DNA of 64,000 bases from assembly GCF_028368995.1 (NCBI RefSeq), contig NZ_JAQNDL010000002.1, forward strand, positions 192,001-256,000, given 5' to 3'. Positions 51,001 to 60,415 of this stretch are shown here, one piece after another; within the stretch, counting starts at the first letter, position 1, and every line of letters starts with the position of its first letter. The DNA is from Nannocystis bainbridge (GTDB taxonomy: Bacteria > Myxococcota_A > Polyangia > Nannocystales > Nannocystaceae). The position numbers and the translations under genes were made by a program. The notes beneath the pieces were generated by a model. The model saw nothing but the letters and a program-made list of their open reading frames with translations, was not told the DNA's origin and did no database searches.

Positions 51001-54000
51001 CCGAGGAGGCCGCCGAGGCCGAGGGCCGCGCGGTGACGAAGGAGCAGCAGGCGCTCTACAAGGACCTGCTGCAGTCCCGGGCCGTCGCGCTGCGCGACGA
51101 CCTGCAGCAGTTCGACGACGCCGAGGTCGCGTTCGCCGAGCTGCTCGACCGCGACGAGGCGCACGAGGCCGCCTACCACGCGCTCGACGAGCTGCTGAAC
51201 CGCCGCGACGCCCACGGCGAGCTGCTCAAGCTGTACCGCCGCCGCGCCGACATCATCATCGACGCCGGCGAGCAGAAGCGCCTGCTCGAGCGGATCATCG
51301 CCATCGCCCGCGACGTGCTGAACGACCGCGAGGTAGCGACCCGCACCGCCGAGGAGCTGCTCGACCTCGTGCCGGAGGACCTCGGCGCCGTCGCCACGCT
51401 GGCCGGCATGTACGAGTTCAGCGAGCGCCAGGACGATCACTACGCGCTCGAGGAGCTGCTCGGCCGCTGGGCCGAGCGCGTCGACAGCGACGCCGAGCGC
51501 CACGATCTGGCCAGCCGGCGCGCCGGGCTGCGCATGGACAAGCTGGGCGACGCCTACGGCGCCGTCGAGCTGCTGCAAGGAGTGATCGCGGCCGACCCGG
51601 GCCACGAGCACGCGCGCCGGCTGCTCGAGCGCCTGCTCGACAACCCCGACGTCCAGCTGCAGGTCGCCAACCTGCTCGAGCCGATCTACGACGCGCTCAA
51701 GGATCACGGCGCGCAGGTCAGGGTGCTGCGCGTGCGCCGGGCCCAGGCCGAGAAGCTCGGCTCGACCGACGCCGCGACCGCCCTCCTCCTCGAGATCGCC
51801 CGCATCGAAGAGAACGAGCTCGGCGACTCCGAGGCCGCGTTCGCGGCGGTGCGCGAGGCGTACCTGCTCGACCCGCGCCGCGCCGACGCGCGCACCGAGC
51901 TGCAGCGCCTCGGCGTCGAGCTCGAGAAGCAGCGCGAGCTCGTCGAGGTGTGGCAGCAGGCGCTGGCCAAGCTGCCCGACAACAACTCGAAGATCGAGCT
52001 GCTGTCGCGCATCGCGGTGGTGCTCGACGCCCACCTCGACGACCGCGACGGCGCGCGCTCGGCCTACGCCGAGCTGCTGGCGCTCGAGCCGGCCGACGTC
52101 GACCTGGCCAAGCGGGCGACGCTGGCGCTGACGCGGCTGCACCGCGCGGCGGGCGACGCCAAGGCGCTGGTCGAGGGCCTGCGCGGGCTGCTGCGCTACA
52201 TCGACAAGGACGCCGAGCAGGTCCGGATCCTGCTCGAGATCGCGGAGCTGCACGCCGACAAGCTCGAGGACCCGAAGGGCGCCGCGGCGACCTACGTCGA
52301 GGTCCTCGACATCGACCCGGGCAACTTCCAGGCGCTCGACGCCCTCGAGCGGATCTACGTCGATGGCGGCGAGTGGGAGTCGCTGTGTCGCGTGCTGCGT
52401 CAGCGCGTGATGAGCACCGACGACCCGTTCGAGCAGGCCCGCCTGTGGCGCAAGGTCGGCGAGATCCAGCGCGACCACCTGAGCGATCCGCACCAGGCGA
52501 TCGAGGCGTTCCAGTGGATTGTCGACCTCGCCGTCGCGCCCAAGGAGACGCAGGCCGCGCTCGACGCGATCGTCCGCCTCAACCTCGAGCTCGAGCGCTG
52601 GCCCGACGCGGAGGAGGGGCTGCGCCGTCTGATCGCCCTCGCCACCGACGACGAGCGCAAGGCCGAGCTGCTCGGCCGCGCCGCCGAGGTCGTCGGCGAA
52701 AAGCTCGGCCGCTACGCCGACGCCACCGACCTGCTCGAAGAGGTGCTGCGCCTCGACCCGCGCGACCAGCGGGCCCGCGCCACCCTGACCGAGTACCTCG
52801 CGCGCGACGAGATCCGCGACCGCGTGATCGCGGTGCTGTATCCGCTCTACGAGTCGGAGCAGAACTGGCGCGCGCTGCTCGACCTCGAGGAGCGGCAGGC
52901 CCGGCACCAGCCGGCCGGGCGTCATCGCATGCTCGCGCTCTTGCAGGTCGCGCGCACCCACGAGGAGCGGCTGTCCGATCCGGGCCGCTCGTTCGAGGTG
53001 CTGATCGACGCGCTGGCCGAGGCCGGCGAGCAGGAGGAGATCGTCGAGGTCCTCGACCGCATCGATCGCCTCGGCAACGAGCTCGGCCGCCACGAGGCGG
53101 TCCACGACGCTTACCTGCAGCACGTCGACAACGTCAGCAGCTCGGCGGTGGCCCACCGCATGCTCGCGTCGATCGGCAACATCGCCCGCGTGCTCGGCCG
53201 CAACGCCTCGGCCCGCCGGGCCTTCGAGCGCCTGTTCGAGGCCAGCCCCGTCGACATCGCCGCCGCCGAGGCGCTCGAGCAGGTGCTGGTCGAGGAGAAC
53301 GACTACGCGGCGCTGGCCGAGCTGCTGGTCCGTCGGGCCCAGCGCAGCGACAGCGACCTGGTGCGCGACGCCTTCTTGATCCGCGCCGCGGAGCTGCACC
53401 GCACGAAGCTCGACCGCCTCGAGGACGCGATCGACCTGTACCAAAAGACATCCGCGACCGCGCAGCGCGGCGACGAGGTGCAGGCGGTGCTCGGGCCGCT
53501 GTACGAGCGGACCGAGCGCTGGGCCGATCTGACCGAGTTCCTGCGCCGGCGGCTCGAGGGCCTGTCGGGGCGCGAGCTGGTCGAGACCCACCTGCGCCTG
53601 GCCCAGCTCTACCGCGAGCAGCTCGGCGACCTGAGCGAGGGCCTGCGGCAGTTCGCCGAGGCGCTCAAGGCCGACCCCGACTACGTCGTCGGCACCGAGC
53701 AGCTCGCGCGCTACCTGGCCGACGAGGACCTGCGCCCGCAGGTCATCGCTCAGCTCGAGCCGGTCTTCACCGCCGTCGGCGACTGGCCGCGCCTGATCCA
53801 CATCCAGGAGCTACGCCTGCTCGAGGCCGGCGACGACCCCCACGCCCGCATCCCGATCCTCCTGAAGATCGCCCGGATCTACGAGGACCAGATGGAGACG
53901 CCCGAGGGCGCCTTCACCACCGCCGGCCGCGCGTTCGCCGAGGCGCCGACCGACGGCAGCGTGCGCGAGCTGCTGGCCCGCCTGGCCCACGTGCTGAACC

Positions 54001-57000
54001 GGGTCGAGGAGCTCGCCAACCTCTACACCAAGTACGTCGAGGACAACGCGAGCGACGAGGGCGACGAGACGCTGGCGATCGTGCGCGAGGCGGCCGAGCT
54101 GTGGTCGGTCGCGCTCGGTCAGCCGCGCCGCGCGGTGCCGCTGTACCAGCGGCTCATCGAGGCCCGCCCCGACGATCGCACGGTGTTCCCGGCGCTCGAG
54201 GTGGCGTTGACGCAGGCCGAGATGTACGCCGAGCTGGCGGCGGCTTACTGGCACGAGGCCGACACCTCGCTCGACGAGGAGCGTCAGCTCGAGGTGCTGC
54301 AGCGCCTGGCCGAGCTGTCGCTCGGGATCCTCGACGACCCCGATCAGGCGATCCGCGCCTACCGCCGCGTGCTCGAAGCCCAGCCCGATCACGAGGCGGC
54401 GCGCTCGCGGCTCGAGCGGGTCTACGCCCAGCGCGAGCGCTGGGACGACCTCATCGAGCTGTTGCGCGAGCGGCTGGTCCGCACCGAGTCGCCGGGCGAG
54501 CGCGAGGTGGTGCTGCTCAACGTCGCCGACCTGCAGGAGCAGCAGCTCGGCAGCGTCGACGCGGCGCTCGACACCGTCGAATTGCTGCTCAGCGAGCAGC
54601 CGGGCAACGCCGGCGCGGTCGGCTCGCTCGAGCGCATGGCCGAGGGCCACGAGGGCCAGCGGGTGCGCATCTTCGGGGTGCTGCGGCCGATCTACGAGCT
54701 CACCGGCAACACCATGCGCCTCATCGCGGTCGACGAGTGGCAGCTGACGCAGACGGAGGATCCGGCGCAGCGCCACCAGATCTACCGCGAGATCGCGGCC
54801 TACTACGGCGGCCTCGATCAGGGCCAGGCGTACGCGTTCCGCACGCTGGCGCGCGCGCTGGCCGAGCCGGGTCCGGCGGGGGCGATCGAGTCGCTCGACG
54901 CCGAAATCCAGCAGATCGCCCGCGCCCACGGCTGGCTCGACGAGCTGCGCCAGGCGCTGCTGATGGCCGCCGAGTCGGCGACGCTGCAGTCCGACGCCGA
55001 CCGCCGGGTCGCGCTCGAGCTGCAGGCCGCGCAGATCGCCATCGACATCGGCGACTTCGACGGCGCCGCCCGTACTTTGCGACATGCCCTCGAGGTCATG
55101 CCCGATCAGCCAGAAGTGCTCGCGCTCCTCGACGAGGCGCTGGCGGGCCTGGCCGACTTCGAGGGCCTGCGCGGGGTGCTCGAGCGGCGGGTCGCCGTCG
55201 CCGAGGACGACGAGGATCGCATCGGCCTGCTGCGCCGCCTGGCGCGCCTGGTCGAGGAGGGCCTCGGCCAGCCCGAGACGGCCGAGGCCGTGTGGCAGCG
55301 GATCCTCGACATCGAGCCGGGCAGCACCGACGCGATGAACCGCCTGCGCCGGCTGTACGCGGCCCGCGGCGCCTACGACCTGCTGATAGCGATCATCGGC
55401 CAGCAGATCGACTCGGCCGACGATCCGGCGACCCGCACGGCGCTGCGCAAGGAGCTGGCGCGGATCCACCGCGAGGCCCGGTCCGACCGCGACAGCGAGA
55501 TCGAGACGCTGCGCGCGCTGCTGCTCGACGCGCCCGAGGACGACGAGGCGCTGGCGATGCTGGCCCAGGGCCTGCTCGCGCAGGACCGTCACCGCGAGGC
55601 GGGCGACGTCATCATCGAGCGCGCCGCGATCGCGCCGAGCCGCGAGCGCCGGGTCGTCCTGCTGCTCGAGGTGGCGCGGCTGCACATCGGCCCGCTCGGC
55701 GACGCCGTCGGGGCGATGGCTCACTACGAGTCGGTGTTCCAGGTGACGCCGGGGCACCCCGAGGCGATCGGCGACCTGATGCGGCTGGTCCGCGACAAGG
55801 CCAGCTCCGACGCCGCGGCGGCGCTGATCATCCCGCAGCTCGAGCAGAGCGGGCGCTGGGCCGACCTCGCCGAGGTCTACAAGGCCCGCTCCGAGCTGAC
55901 CGACGATCCGTCCGAGGCCGCCGAGGCGCTGCGCCAACTGGCGAGGATCCGCTACGAGCGGCTCAACGACCCGCGAGGCAGCCTCGAGGCGTCGAACCTG
56001 CTGCTCGACCGGGTCGCCGCCGACGAGATGCGGCCGGTCCTCGAGTACACGGCGCGCCTGTCTGTCCTTTTGGACAGGGCCGAGGAGCACGTCGAGTCGC
56101 TGGCGCGACGGGCCGCGGTCGAGTCGCTCGACCCGGCGGCGCGCCTGCTGGTCGCCCAGGCCGCGGCCGGGGTGGCCGAGGAGATCCTCGGCGACCGCGC
56201 CCGCGCGCTCGGGCTGCTGGCGGCGATGCTCGACGCGGGGATCGCCGACGAGGCGACCGCGCGGCACATCGAGCGCCTGGCCCGCGCCGGCGGTGAGAAG
56301 CGCCTGCTGGCCCGGGCCCTGCGCGAGTCGGCCAAGCTGGCCCTCGGCCAGTCCGGCCGCGCCGACATCCTGGTGCGGCTCGGCGACGCCGAGTTCGACA
56401 CCGGCGAGCTGACCGGCGCGACCGAGGCCTACCGCGACGCGCTCGACGAGCGACCCGGCTTCGCCGGCGCCGTGGCCGGGCTCGAGCGAGTGCTCGACCG
56501 GCTGCAGAAGACCGGCGGCGAGGTCGGTCAAGGGCTCATCGAGCCGCTCGAGAACTCGTACCACCTGGCCGGCAACCGGCCGGGCCTGGCCAAGCTGGCG
56601 CGGCTGCGCCTGCAGAGCGCGACCGGGGCCGACCGCGCCGCCGCGCTCGAGAACCTCGGCCGCCTGGTCGACGAGGGCGGCGGTTCGCCGGACGAGGCGC
56701 TCGAGGCGTGGGGCAACCTGCTGCAGATCGACGGGGCGCACCCGCTGGCGATCGAGCGGGTGGTCGCGCTGTCCGCCAACAAGCAGCTGCTGATCAAGGC
56801 GGTCCAGTTCATGGCCGGGGCGATCGACGCTGCCCGCGAGGAGCAGCGCTCGTGCAGCCAGCTGTGCATCGAGACCACCAAGATCCTGCTGCGTGACCTG
56901 CGGCAGTACACCGCGGCCCTGCGCGCCCTGGCGCCGGTGCTGGCCGAGAACCCCGACAACCTCGAGGCGCTCGAGCTGCAGATCATGGCCTCGCGCGCGG

Positions 57001-58739
57001 CCGGCGATCTGCCGATCCTCCACGACTCGCTGGTCCGCTACGCGACGCTGGCGAGCAACCCCGACCTGTCGATCCCGCTGCTGCAGGAGGCCGCCAACGT
57101 CGCCGAGGCTCAGGCCGACCCGATCACGGCGATCATCGACCTGCGGGCGCTGCTCGACTTCGATCAGAGCCACGAGCAGGCGTGGGCGCGGCTGCTGCAA
57201 CTTCTCGAGGCGACCCAGGATCAGCCTGGTCTCATCGCCGCGCTCGATCAGCGGATCAGCATCACCGCCGACGAGAACGAGCGCCGCGGCCTCCGGCTCA
57301 AGCTGGCGCACCTGCAGGTCGAGGTCGGCAAGGTCGACGACGCCGTCACGATCTACAACGACATGCTCGGGGCCAGGCCCGACGACCTGCAGGCGATGCA
57401 GGAGCTCGAGAACCTGCAGCGCCGGCTCGGCAACTGGCGCGAGGTCCGGGACGTGCTCGAGCGCAAGCTCGACCTGCTGCAGGCGGGCCAGCGCGTGCCG
57501 GTGCTCGAGGAGATGGCGGTGCTGTCGGAGGAGAAGCTCGGCGACGTCGACGAGGCGATCGAGCGCCACCAGCGGCTGCTGCTCGAGGCGCCGCGGCACA
57601 CGCCGAGCCTGGTCGCGCTGTGGCGGCTGTACGAGGGCGCCGAGAAGTGGGAGGACCTGTCCCACCTGCTCGAGCAGTTCCTCGCGGTCCTGCGCGAGGT
57701 CGGCGGCGTCGATCAGCGGCGCGAGGTCGGCCTGCGGCTGGCCGAGCTTTACTCGGAGCGCCTCGGCGAGGCCGAGAAGGCGCGCGCCCTGCTCGAGGAG
57801 CTGCTGCAGACCGACCCCAACTCGGTGCCGGCGCTGATGGCCCTGGCCGCGGTCGAGGAGCAGCAGGGCAACGAAGAGGCGATGCAGGAGCTGCTGCAGC
57901 GCGCCGCCGGCCTCCAGCCGCAAGGCACGGTCGGCGCCGATCTGCAGCTGCGCCTGGCGCGGCTGGCCGGCACGCCGGAGAAGACGCGCGAGCACCTCGA
58001 GATGGCGCTCCACCTGCACCCGGCCAACGTCGAGGCGGCCCGCACCCTGCTCGAGCTCAGCCGCAAGGAGGGCTACTGGGAGCAGGTCGCGTACCTGCTG
58101 GCGCTGCTCGCCAGCCTCGCGGAGGGCGACGAGCAGCGCAAGCTGATCATCGAGCGCGTCGACCTCCTGGTCGAGAAGGTCGGCGACGTCGAGGAGGCCC
58201 TGCGCGCGCTGGCGCCGGTCTACGAGGTCGTCCAGGACGACATCGAGATCAACCGCCGGATCGCCGACGCGCTGTTCGTCAGCGGCCGCTTCGAGGACGC
58301 GAGCGGCATGTACGCGTGGCTGGTGCAGGTCGCGTCGGCGCAGCCGAAGAAGACCAAGCTGCTCGCGCACTACCAGACGCGCATGGCCCGGATCGCCCTG
58401 GCCAGCGAGACGCCGGACATGAAGGCCGCCCTCGACAAGCTCAAGGACGCCTACAAGATCGACACCACCAACGCCGAGACGATGGTGCTGCTCACCGACG
58501 TCTACGCCCACCAGAACGCGTGGGACGACTCGCTCAAGCTGGCCCGCGCGATGCTGCTGCAGAACGTCGACCAGTCGGGCATGGTCCGCCGCGGCGACAT
58601 CTACCTCCGCCTCGCCAACGCGCACCTGGGGCTGAAGGAGACGTCGAAGGCGCTGTCGATGCTGCGCCGCGGCCTCGAGGAGGACCCGGAGCACCCGGAT
58701 CTCGGCAACAAGATCCGGGAGATCCAGGCCGCCTCCTGA
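48048..58739 (+). CDS. Giant TPR-repeat protein (about 3560 aa), myxobacterial AgmK/GltI-like class
   Basis: Continuous TPR-like helices (ALDALERIY..W..L..L) over 10.7 kb; strong GC3 codon bias; no signal peptide. Confidence 0.85.
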   Translation: MSELRSVLFQFLTQPSDPARRSELAASLASVDLATARAEAKQDPGSGDAAAKVVGRMILDGASNEEVVEVAKLAAQKAPREGAGNDVALLAGVVVWRLSNQATQAEPYFRRVRRNEPANPQILAFYREMFSADADASQLMQVLVQARRSLKKEDTDQRFALAHEMADLAEKKLGSIDRAIEVWRSVLREDGYDPRAAKALERLYREGQKWTALVELLKEEFDRVQDRPENRDERIGRLLEIAELYRDQLRLDAMALSMLQRILEINPRHAATIKALADTYGASGRWNDLLTVYGRLLDAARAEKDVPRQIDMLRRVSSIWVDQLDNTSKGMEPLHEALRLGPDDRETRDALARIHELRKDWRALIDLRRDELAGASGERACELRIALARIAEDKLNDRAEAIAGWREVLAQHGEVEEAFVALIDLYEREGRWSEATDILRRQIDAAAAPVRKVELLGRLAHLQADRLGQPEAAIETWAAVARLDPSHHEASEALRAAYVAAGRWDDLVALYDAQGRLGDVLDVLYAAAEQLTDEDPRIALYQRIAGLAQGRLGAAERGLEALERVLALRPGDLAVARELLPIYREQGSWHRMLATYEVLLAGVSDDDDRLELLAVMRDIALQKLSDPKLALQWAARAYELRPTDGVLRAGLEAAAGRADGWSELSAIYERRIAAADCDNGERLELLDKLATIARERLGEPLEAQRFFRQILDLDPANKVAHAALEEIYTATSRWADLAGVFLIRLSVTRENNVRLPLLRRVGALQEHKVGDLDAAIETYREIVGIAAGDGEALDALTRLYRARGRWAELAEVLQRRLDSGEFRGEQIPVLFELSQLHATRLLDSQKAIAGFLQILAVEPDHLPTIDALEVLRRADPSSALAIMRGLLPYYRSIHDHGREAEAMEVITMAEPDAATRASGLSSLAALYSQMEGRRADALRVRRELFVMNPEDAELRGEVERTGRELQRMDLVAGAYGQILQNMRRAEEAAEAEGRAVTKEQQALYKDLLQSRAVALRDDLQQFDDAEVAFAELLDRDEAHEAAYHALDELLNRRDAHGELLKLYRRRADIIIDAGEQKRLLERIIAIARDVLNDREVATRTAEELLDLVPEDLGAVATLAGMYEFSERQDDHYALEELLGRWAERVDSDAERHDLASRRAGLRMDKLGDAYGAVELLQGVIAADPGHEHARRLLERLLDNPDVQLQVANLLEPIYDALKDHGAQVRVLRVRRAQAEKLGSTDAATALLLEIARIEENELGDSEAAFAAVREAYLLDPRRADARTELQRLGVELEKQRELVEVWQQALAKLPDNNSKIELLSRIAVVLDAHLDDRDGARSAYAELLALEPADVDLAKRATLALTRLHRAAGDAKALVEGLRGLLRYIDKDAEQVRILLEIAELHADKLEDPKGAAATYVEVLDIDPGNFQALDALERIYVDGGEWESLCRVLRQRVMSTDDPFEQARLWRKVGEIQRDHLSDPHQAIEAFQWIVDLAVAPKETQAALDAIVRLNLELERWPDAEEGLRRLIALATDDERKAELLGRAAEVVGEKLGRYADATDLLEEVLRLDPRDQRARATLTEYLARDEIRDRVIAVLYPLYESEQNWRALLDLEERQARHQPAGRHRMLALLQVARTHEERLSDPGRSFEVLIDALAEAGEQEEIVEVLDRIDRLGNELGRHEAVHDAYLQHVDNVSSSAVAHRMLASIGNIARVLGRNASARRAFERLFEASPVDIAAAEALEQVLVEENDYAALAELLVRRAQRSDSDLVRDAFLIRAAELHRTKLDRLEDAIDLYQKTSATAQRGDEVQAVLGPLYERTERWADLTEFLRRRLEGLSGRELVETHLRLAQLYREQLGDLSEGLRQFAEALKADPDYVVGTEQLARYLADEDLRPQVIAQLEPVFTAVGDWPRLIHIQELRLLEAGDDPHARIPILLKIARIYEDQMETPEGAFTTAGRAFAEAPTDGSVRELLARLAHVLNRVEELANLYTKYVEDNASDEGDETLAIVREAAELWSVALGQPRRAVPLYQRLIEARPDDRTVFPALEVALTQAEMYAELAAAYWHEADTSLDEERQLEVLQRLAELSLGILDDPDQAIRAYRRVLEAQPDHEAARSRLERVYAQRERWDDLIELLRERLVRTESPGEREVVLLNVADLQEQQLGSVDAALDTVELLLSEQPGNAGAVGSLERMAEGHEGQRVRIFGVLRPIYELTGNTMRLIAVDEWQLTQTEDPAQRHQIYREIAAYYGGLDQGQAYAFRTLARALAEPGPAGAIESLDAEIQQIARAHGWLDELRQALLMAAESATLQSDADRRVALELQAAQIAIDIGDFDGAARTLRHALEVMPDQPEVLALLDEALAGLADFEGLRGVLERRVAVAEDDEDRIGLLRRLARLVEEGLGQPETAEAVWQRILDIEPGSTDAMNRLRRLYAARGAYDLLIAIIGQQIDSADDPATRTALRKELARIHREARSDRDSEIETLRALLLDAPEDDEALAMLAQGLLAQDRHREAGDVIIERAAIAPSRERRVVLLLEVARLHIGPLGDAVGAMAHYESVFQVTPGHPEAIGDLMRLVRDKASSDAAAALIIPQLEQSGRWADLAEVYKARSELTDDPSEAAEALRQLARIRYERLNDPRGSLEASNLLLDRVAADEMRPVLEYTARLSVLLDRAEEHVESLARRAAVESLDPAARLLVAQAAAGVAEEILGDRARALGLLAAMLDAGIADEATARHIERLARAGGEKRLLARALRESAKLALGQSGRADILVRLGDAEFDTGELTGATEAYRDALDERPGFAGAVAGLERVLDRLQKTGGEVGQGLIEPLENSYHLAGNRPGLAKLARLRLQSATGADRAAALENLGRLVDEGGGSPDEALEAWGNLLQIDGAHPLAIERVVALSANKQLLIKAVQFMAGAIDAAREEQRSCSQLCIETTKILLRDLRQYTAALRALAPVLAENPDNLEALELQIMASRAAGDLPILHDSLVRYATLASNPDLSIPLLQEAANVAEAQADPITAIIDLRALLDFDQSHEQAWARLLQLLEATQDQPGLIAALDQRISITADENERRGLRLKLAHLQVEVGKVDDAVTIYNDMLGARPDDLQAMQELENLQRRLGNWREVRDVLERKLDLLQAGQRVPVLEEMAVLSEEKLGDVDEAIERHQRLLLEAPRHTPSLVALWRLYEGAEKWEDLSHLLEQFLAVLREVGGVDQRREVGLRLAELYSERLGEAEKARALLEELLQTDPNSVPALMALAAVEEQQGNEEAMQELLQRAAGLQPQGTVGADLQLRLARLAGTPEKTREHLEMALHLHPANVEAARTLLELSRKEGYWEQVAYLLALLASLAEGDEQRKLIIERVDLLVEKVGDVEEALRALAPVYEVVQDDIEINRRIADALFVSGRFEDASGMYAWLVQVASAQPKKTKLLAHYQTRMARIALASETPDMKAALDKLKDAYKIDTTNAETMVLLTDVYAHQNAWDDSLKLARAMLLQNVDQSGMVRRGDIYLRLANAHLGLKETSKALSMLRRGLEEDPEHPDLGNKIREIQAAS

Positions 58740-58747
58740 GCCGCGCC

Positions 58748-58774
58748 GGGCGACGGGCTGCTCGCCCGTCGCCC
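58748..58774 (+). terminator. Hairpin after the giant TPR gene, possible terminator
   Basis: GGGCGACGGGC-tgctc-GCCCGTCGCCC followed by GTGTCTTTT. Confidence 0.55.
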
Positions 58775-58775
58775 G

Positions 58776-58845
58776 TGTCTTTTCGGACAGGTCTCCAAGC
58801 ACAGGTTCGAGAGGACAGGAACCAAGGGACATGCCCGTAAGGATC
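58776..58845. repeat. Tandem 14-bp TGTCC-N4-GGACA-type array (5 degenerate units) overlapping the ycaO start codon
   Basis: TGTCT tttc GGACA GGTCT ccaa GCACA GGTTC gaga GGACA GGAAC caag GGACA TGCCC gtaa GGATC. Confidence 0.8.
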
Positions 58846-60057
58846 GGCGACCACGACCTCGCCGCGCCCAAGGGCCACACGGCCGGGACGCACCGCACGC
58901 GCAGCCCGGCCGCGACGCTGGCGGCGTTCGGCCCGCTGATGCCGCGGCTCGGGATCACCCGGCTCGCCGACGTCACCGGGCTCGACGTCGTCGGCGTGCC
59001 GGTGGTCCAGGCGGTGCGCCCCAACGCGCGCTCGGTCAGCGTGTCACAGGGCAAGGGGGCCGACCGCGACGCCGCGGCCGCGTCGGCGCTGATGGAGGCG
59101 ATCGAGGGCTGGCACGGCGAGCGGGTGGCGGCGCCGCTGCGGTGGGAGCGAGCGGCGGCGCTGCGGCGCGAGGGCGAGGCGGTCGTCGACCTGCACGGGC
59201 TGCCGCGCCGCGAGGGCGCCGAGGTGCGCGAAGACCTGCCGCTGCTGTGGTGCCTCGGCTGGGACCTGCTGGCGCAGCGGCCGACGTGGGTGCCGCACGC
59301 GTGCGTGAGCGTCGATTTCGTGCGCGACCCACGCGAGCCGCTGCCGCCGTTCATCGAGAGCACCAGCGGCCTGGCGTCCGGCAATCACCTGCTCGAGGCG
59401 GTGGTGCACGCGCTGTGTGAGCTGATCGAGCGCGACGCGACGGCCCTGGCGCCGCTCGAGATCGACGACGCGCGCCGCGTCGACCTCGAGGTGGTGACCG
59501 ACCCGAGCTGCCGCGAGGTGCTGGCGCGCCTGGCGGCGGCGGAGCTGGTGGTCGGCGCCGTCGAGGTCACCTCCGACCTCGGCGTGCCGAGCTACGCCTG
59601 CCGGATCGTCGACCGCCCCGGGGCGCCGCGCTGGGCCGCGCGCGGGGCCTGCGGCGGCTACGGGGCCCACCTCGATCCGGCGGTCGCGCTGCTGCGCGCG
59701 CTGACCGAGGCGGTCCAGAGCCGGCTGACGCTGATCGCCGGCAGCCGTGACGACCTGTCCCTCAAGACATACGAGGCGTTCACCGATCCGCAGGCCAGCG
59801 CCGACGAGGCCGCGGCGCTGACCCGGGCGCGTCCGCGGCGTGCGCTCGGCCCGAGCCTGGCGACCGACAGCTTCGACGGCGACCTCGAGCTGCTGCTCGC
59901 CCGCGTGCGCGCGGCGGGCTGCCCGGCGGCGGTGGTGGTCGATCTGACGCGGGCCGAGATCGGGGTGCCGGTGGCGCGGGTGGTGGTACCAGGCCTCGAG
60001 GGCAGGTTCGCGGGCATGGCCCCGGGGTCGCGAGCGCTGGCGCGAGCGGGCCGCTGA
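58831..60057 (+). CDS. YcaO-family protein (resembles the TfuA-associated, non-PxP class)
   Basis: GTHR..GITRLADVTGLD..RPN..SVSQGKG..SALMEAIE; STSGLASGN..EAVVHALCELIERDA; RALTEAVQSR; VVVPGLE. Confidence 0.9.
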   Translation: MPVRIGDHDLAAPKGHTAGTHRTRSPAATLAAFGPLMPRLGITRLADVTGLDVVGVPVVQAVRPNARSVSVSQGKGADRDAAAASALMEAIEGWHGERVAAPLRWERAAALRREGEAVVDLHGLPRREGAEVREDLPLLWCLGWDLLAQRPTWVPHACVSVDFVRDPREPLPPFIESTSGLASGNHLLEAVVHALCELIERDATALAPLEIDDARRVDLEVVTDPSCREVLARLAAAELVVGAVEVTSDLGVPSYACRIVDRPGAPRWAARGACGGYGAHLDPAVALLRALTEAVQSRLTLIAGSRDDLSLKTYEAFTDPQASADEAAALTRARPRRALGPSLATDSFDGDLELLLARVRAAGCPAAVVVDLTRAEIGVPVARVVVPGLEGRFAGMAPGSRALARAGR

Positions 60058-60058
60058 G

Positions 60059-60232
60059 AGCATGTCCGAAAGGACATGTCTTTTAAAATTGCGGTGGGCG
60101 CGAGCATGTGTCTCGAGGGACATGTTCGAAGGCGGGGTCGGGCATGTCTCGAGGGATATGTTCGAAGAGACATGTGATTCGGGCGACTGGCGGTCGCAAT
60201 CAGGTGTCCATCGGGACATGGTTGAAAGGACA
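60059..60232. repeat. Largest cluster of TGTCC-N4-GGACA units (perfect copies at 60063 and 60205)
   Basis: TGTCC gaaa GGACA; TGTCT cgag GGACA; TGTCT cgag GGATA TGTTC gaag AGACA; TGTCC atcg GGACA TGGTT gaaa GGACA. Confidence 0.9.
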
Positions 60233-60415
60233 GATAACAGGACGACGGAGCTGGCCGCTCGGGTGCAGGACAAACCGCGAGCGCCGGGCGATCGCGGGGC
60301 CGGAGCGACGGGAGGCCGGTCGCGCGAGCCCCGATCGCCGGGGCCGCTGCGGACGCGACTCTGGCGGGGCGCTTCGGCGCGTGCGCGGCGGCGGCGGAGC
60401 GGGTACCTTGTCGGC

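Noticed and set aside
47982-59384. Antisense ORFs 47982..53801 and 53811..59384
   Set aside because: Mirror frames of the giant TPR gene caused by stop-codon scarcity at high GC
60062-60415. N-terminal extension of the ECF sigma ORF
   Set aside because: It starts at an ATG inside the palindrome array; sigma similarity begins at about 60416
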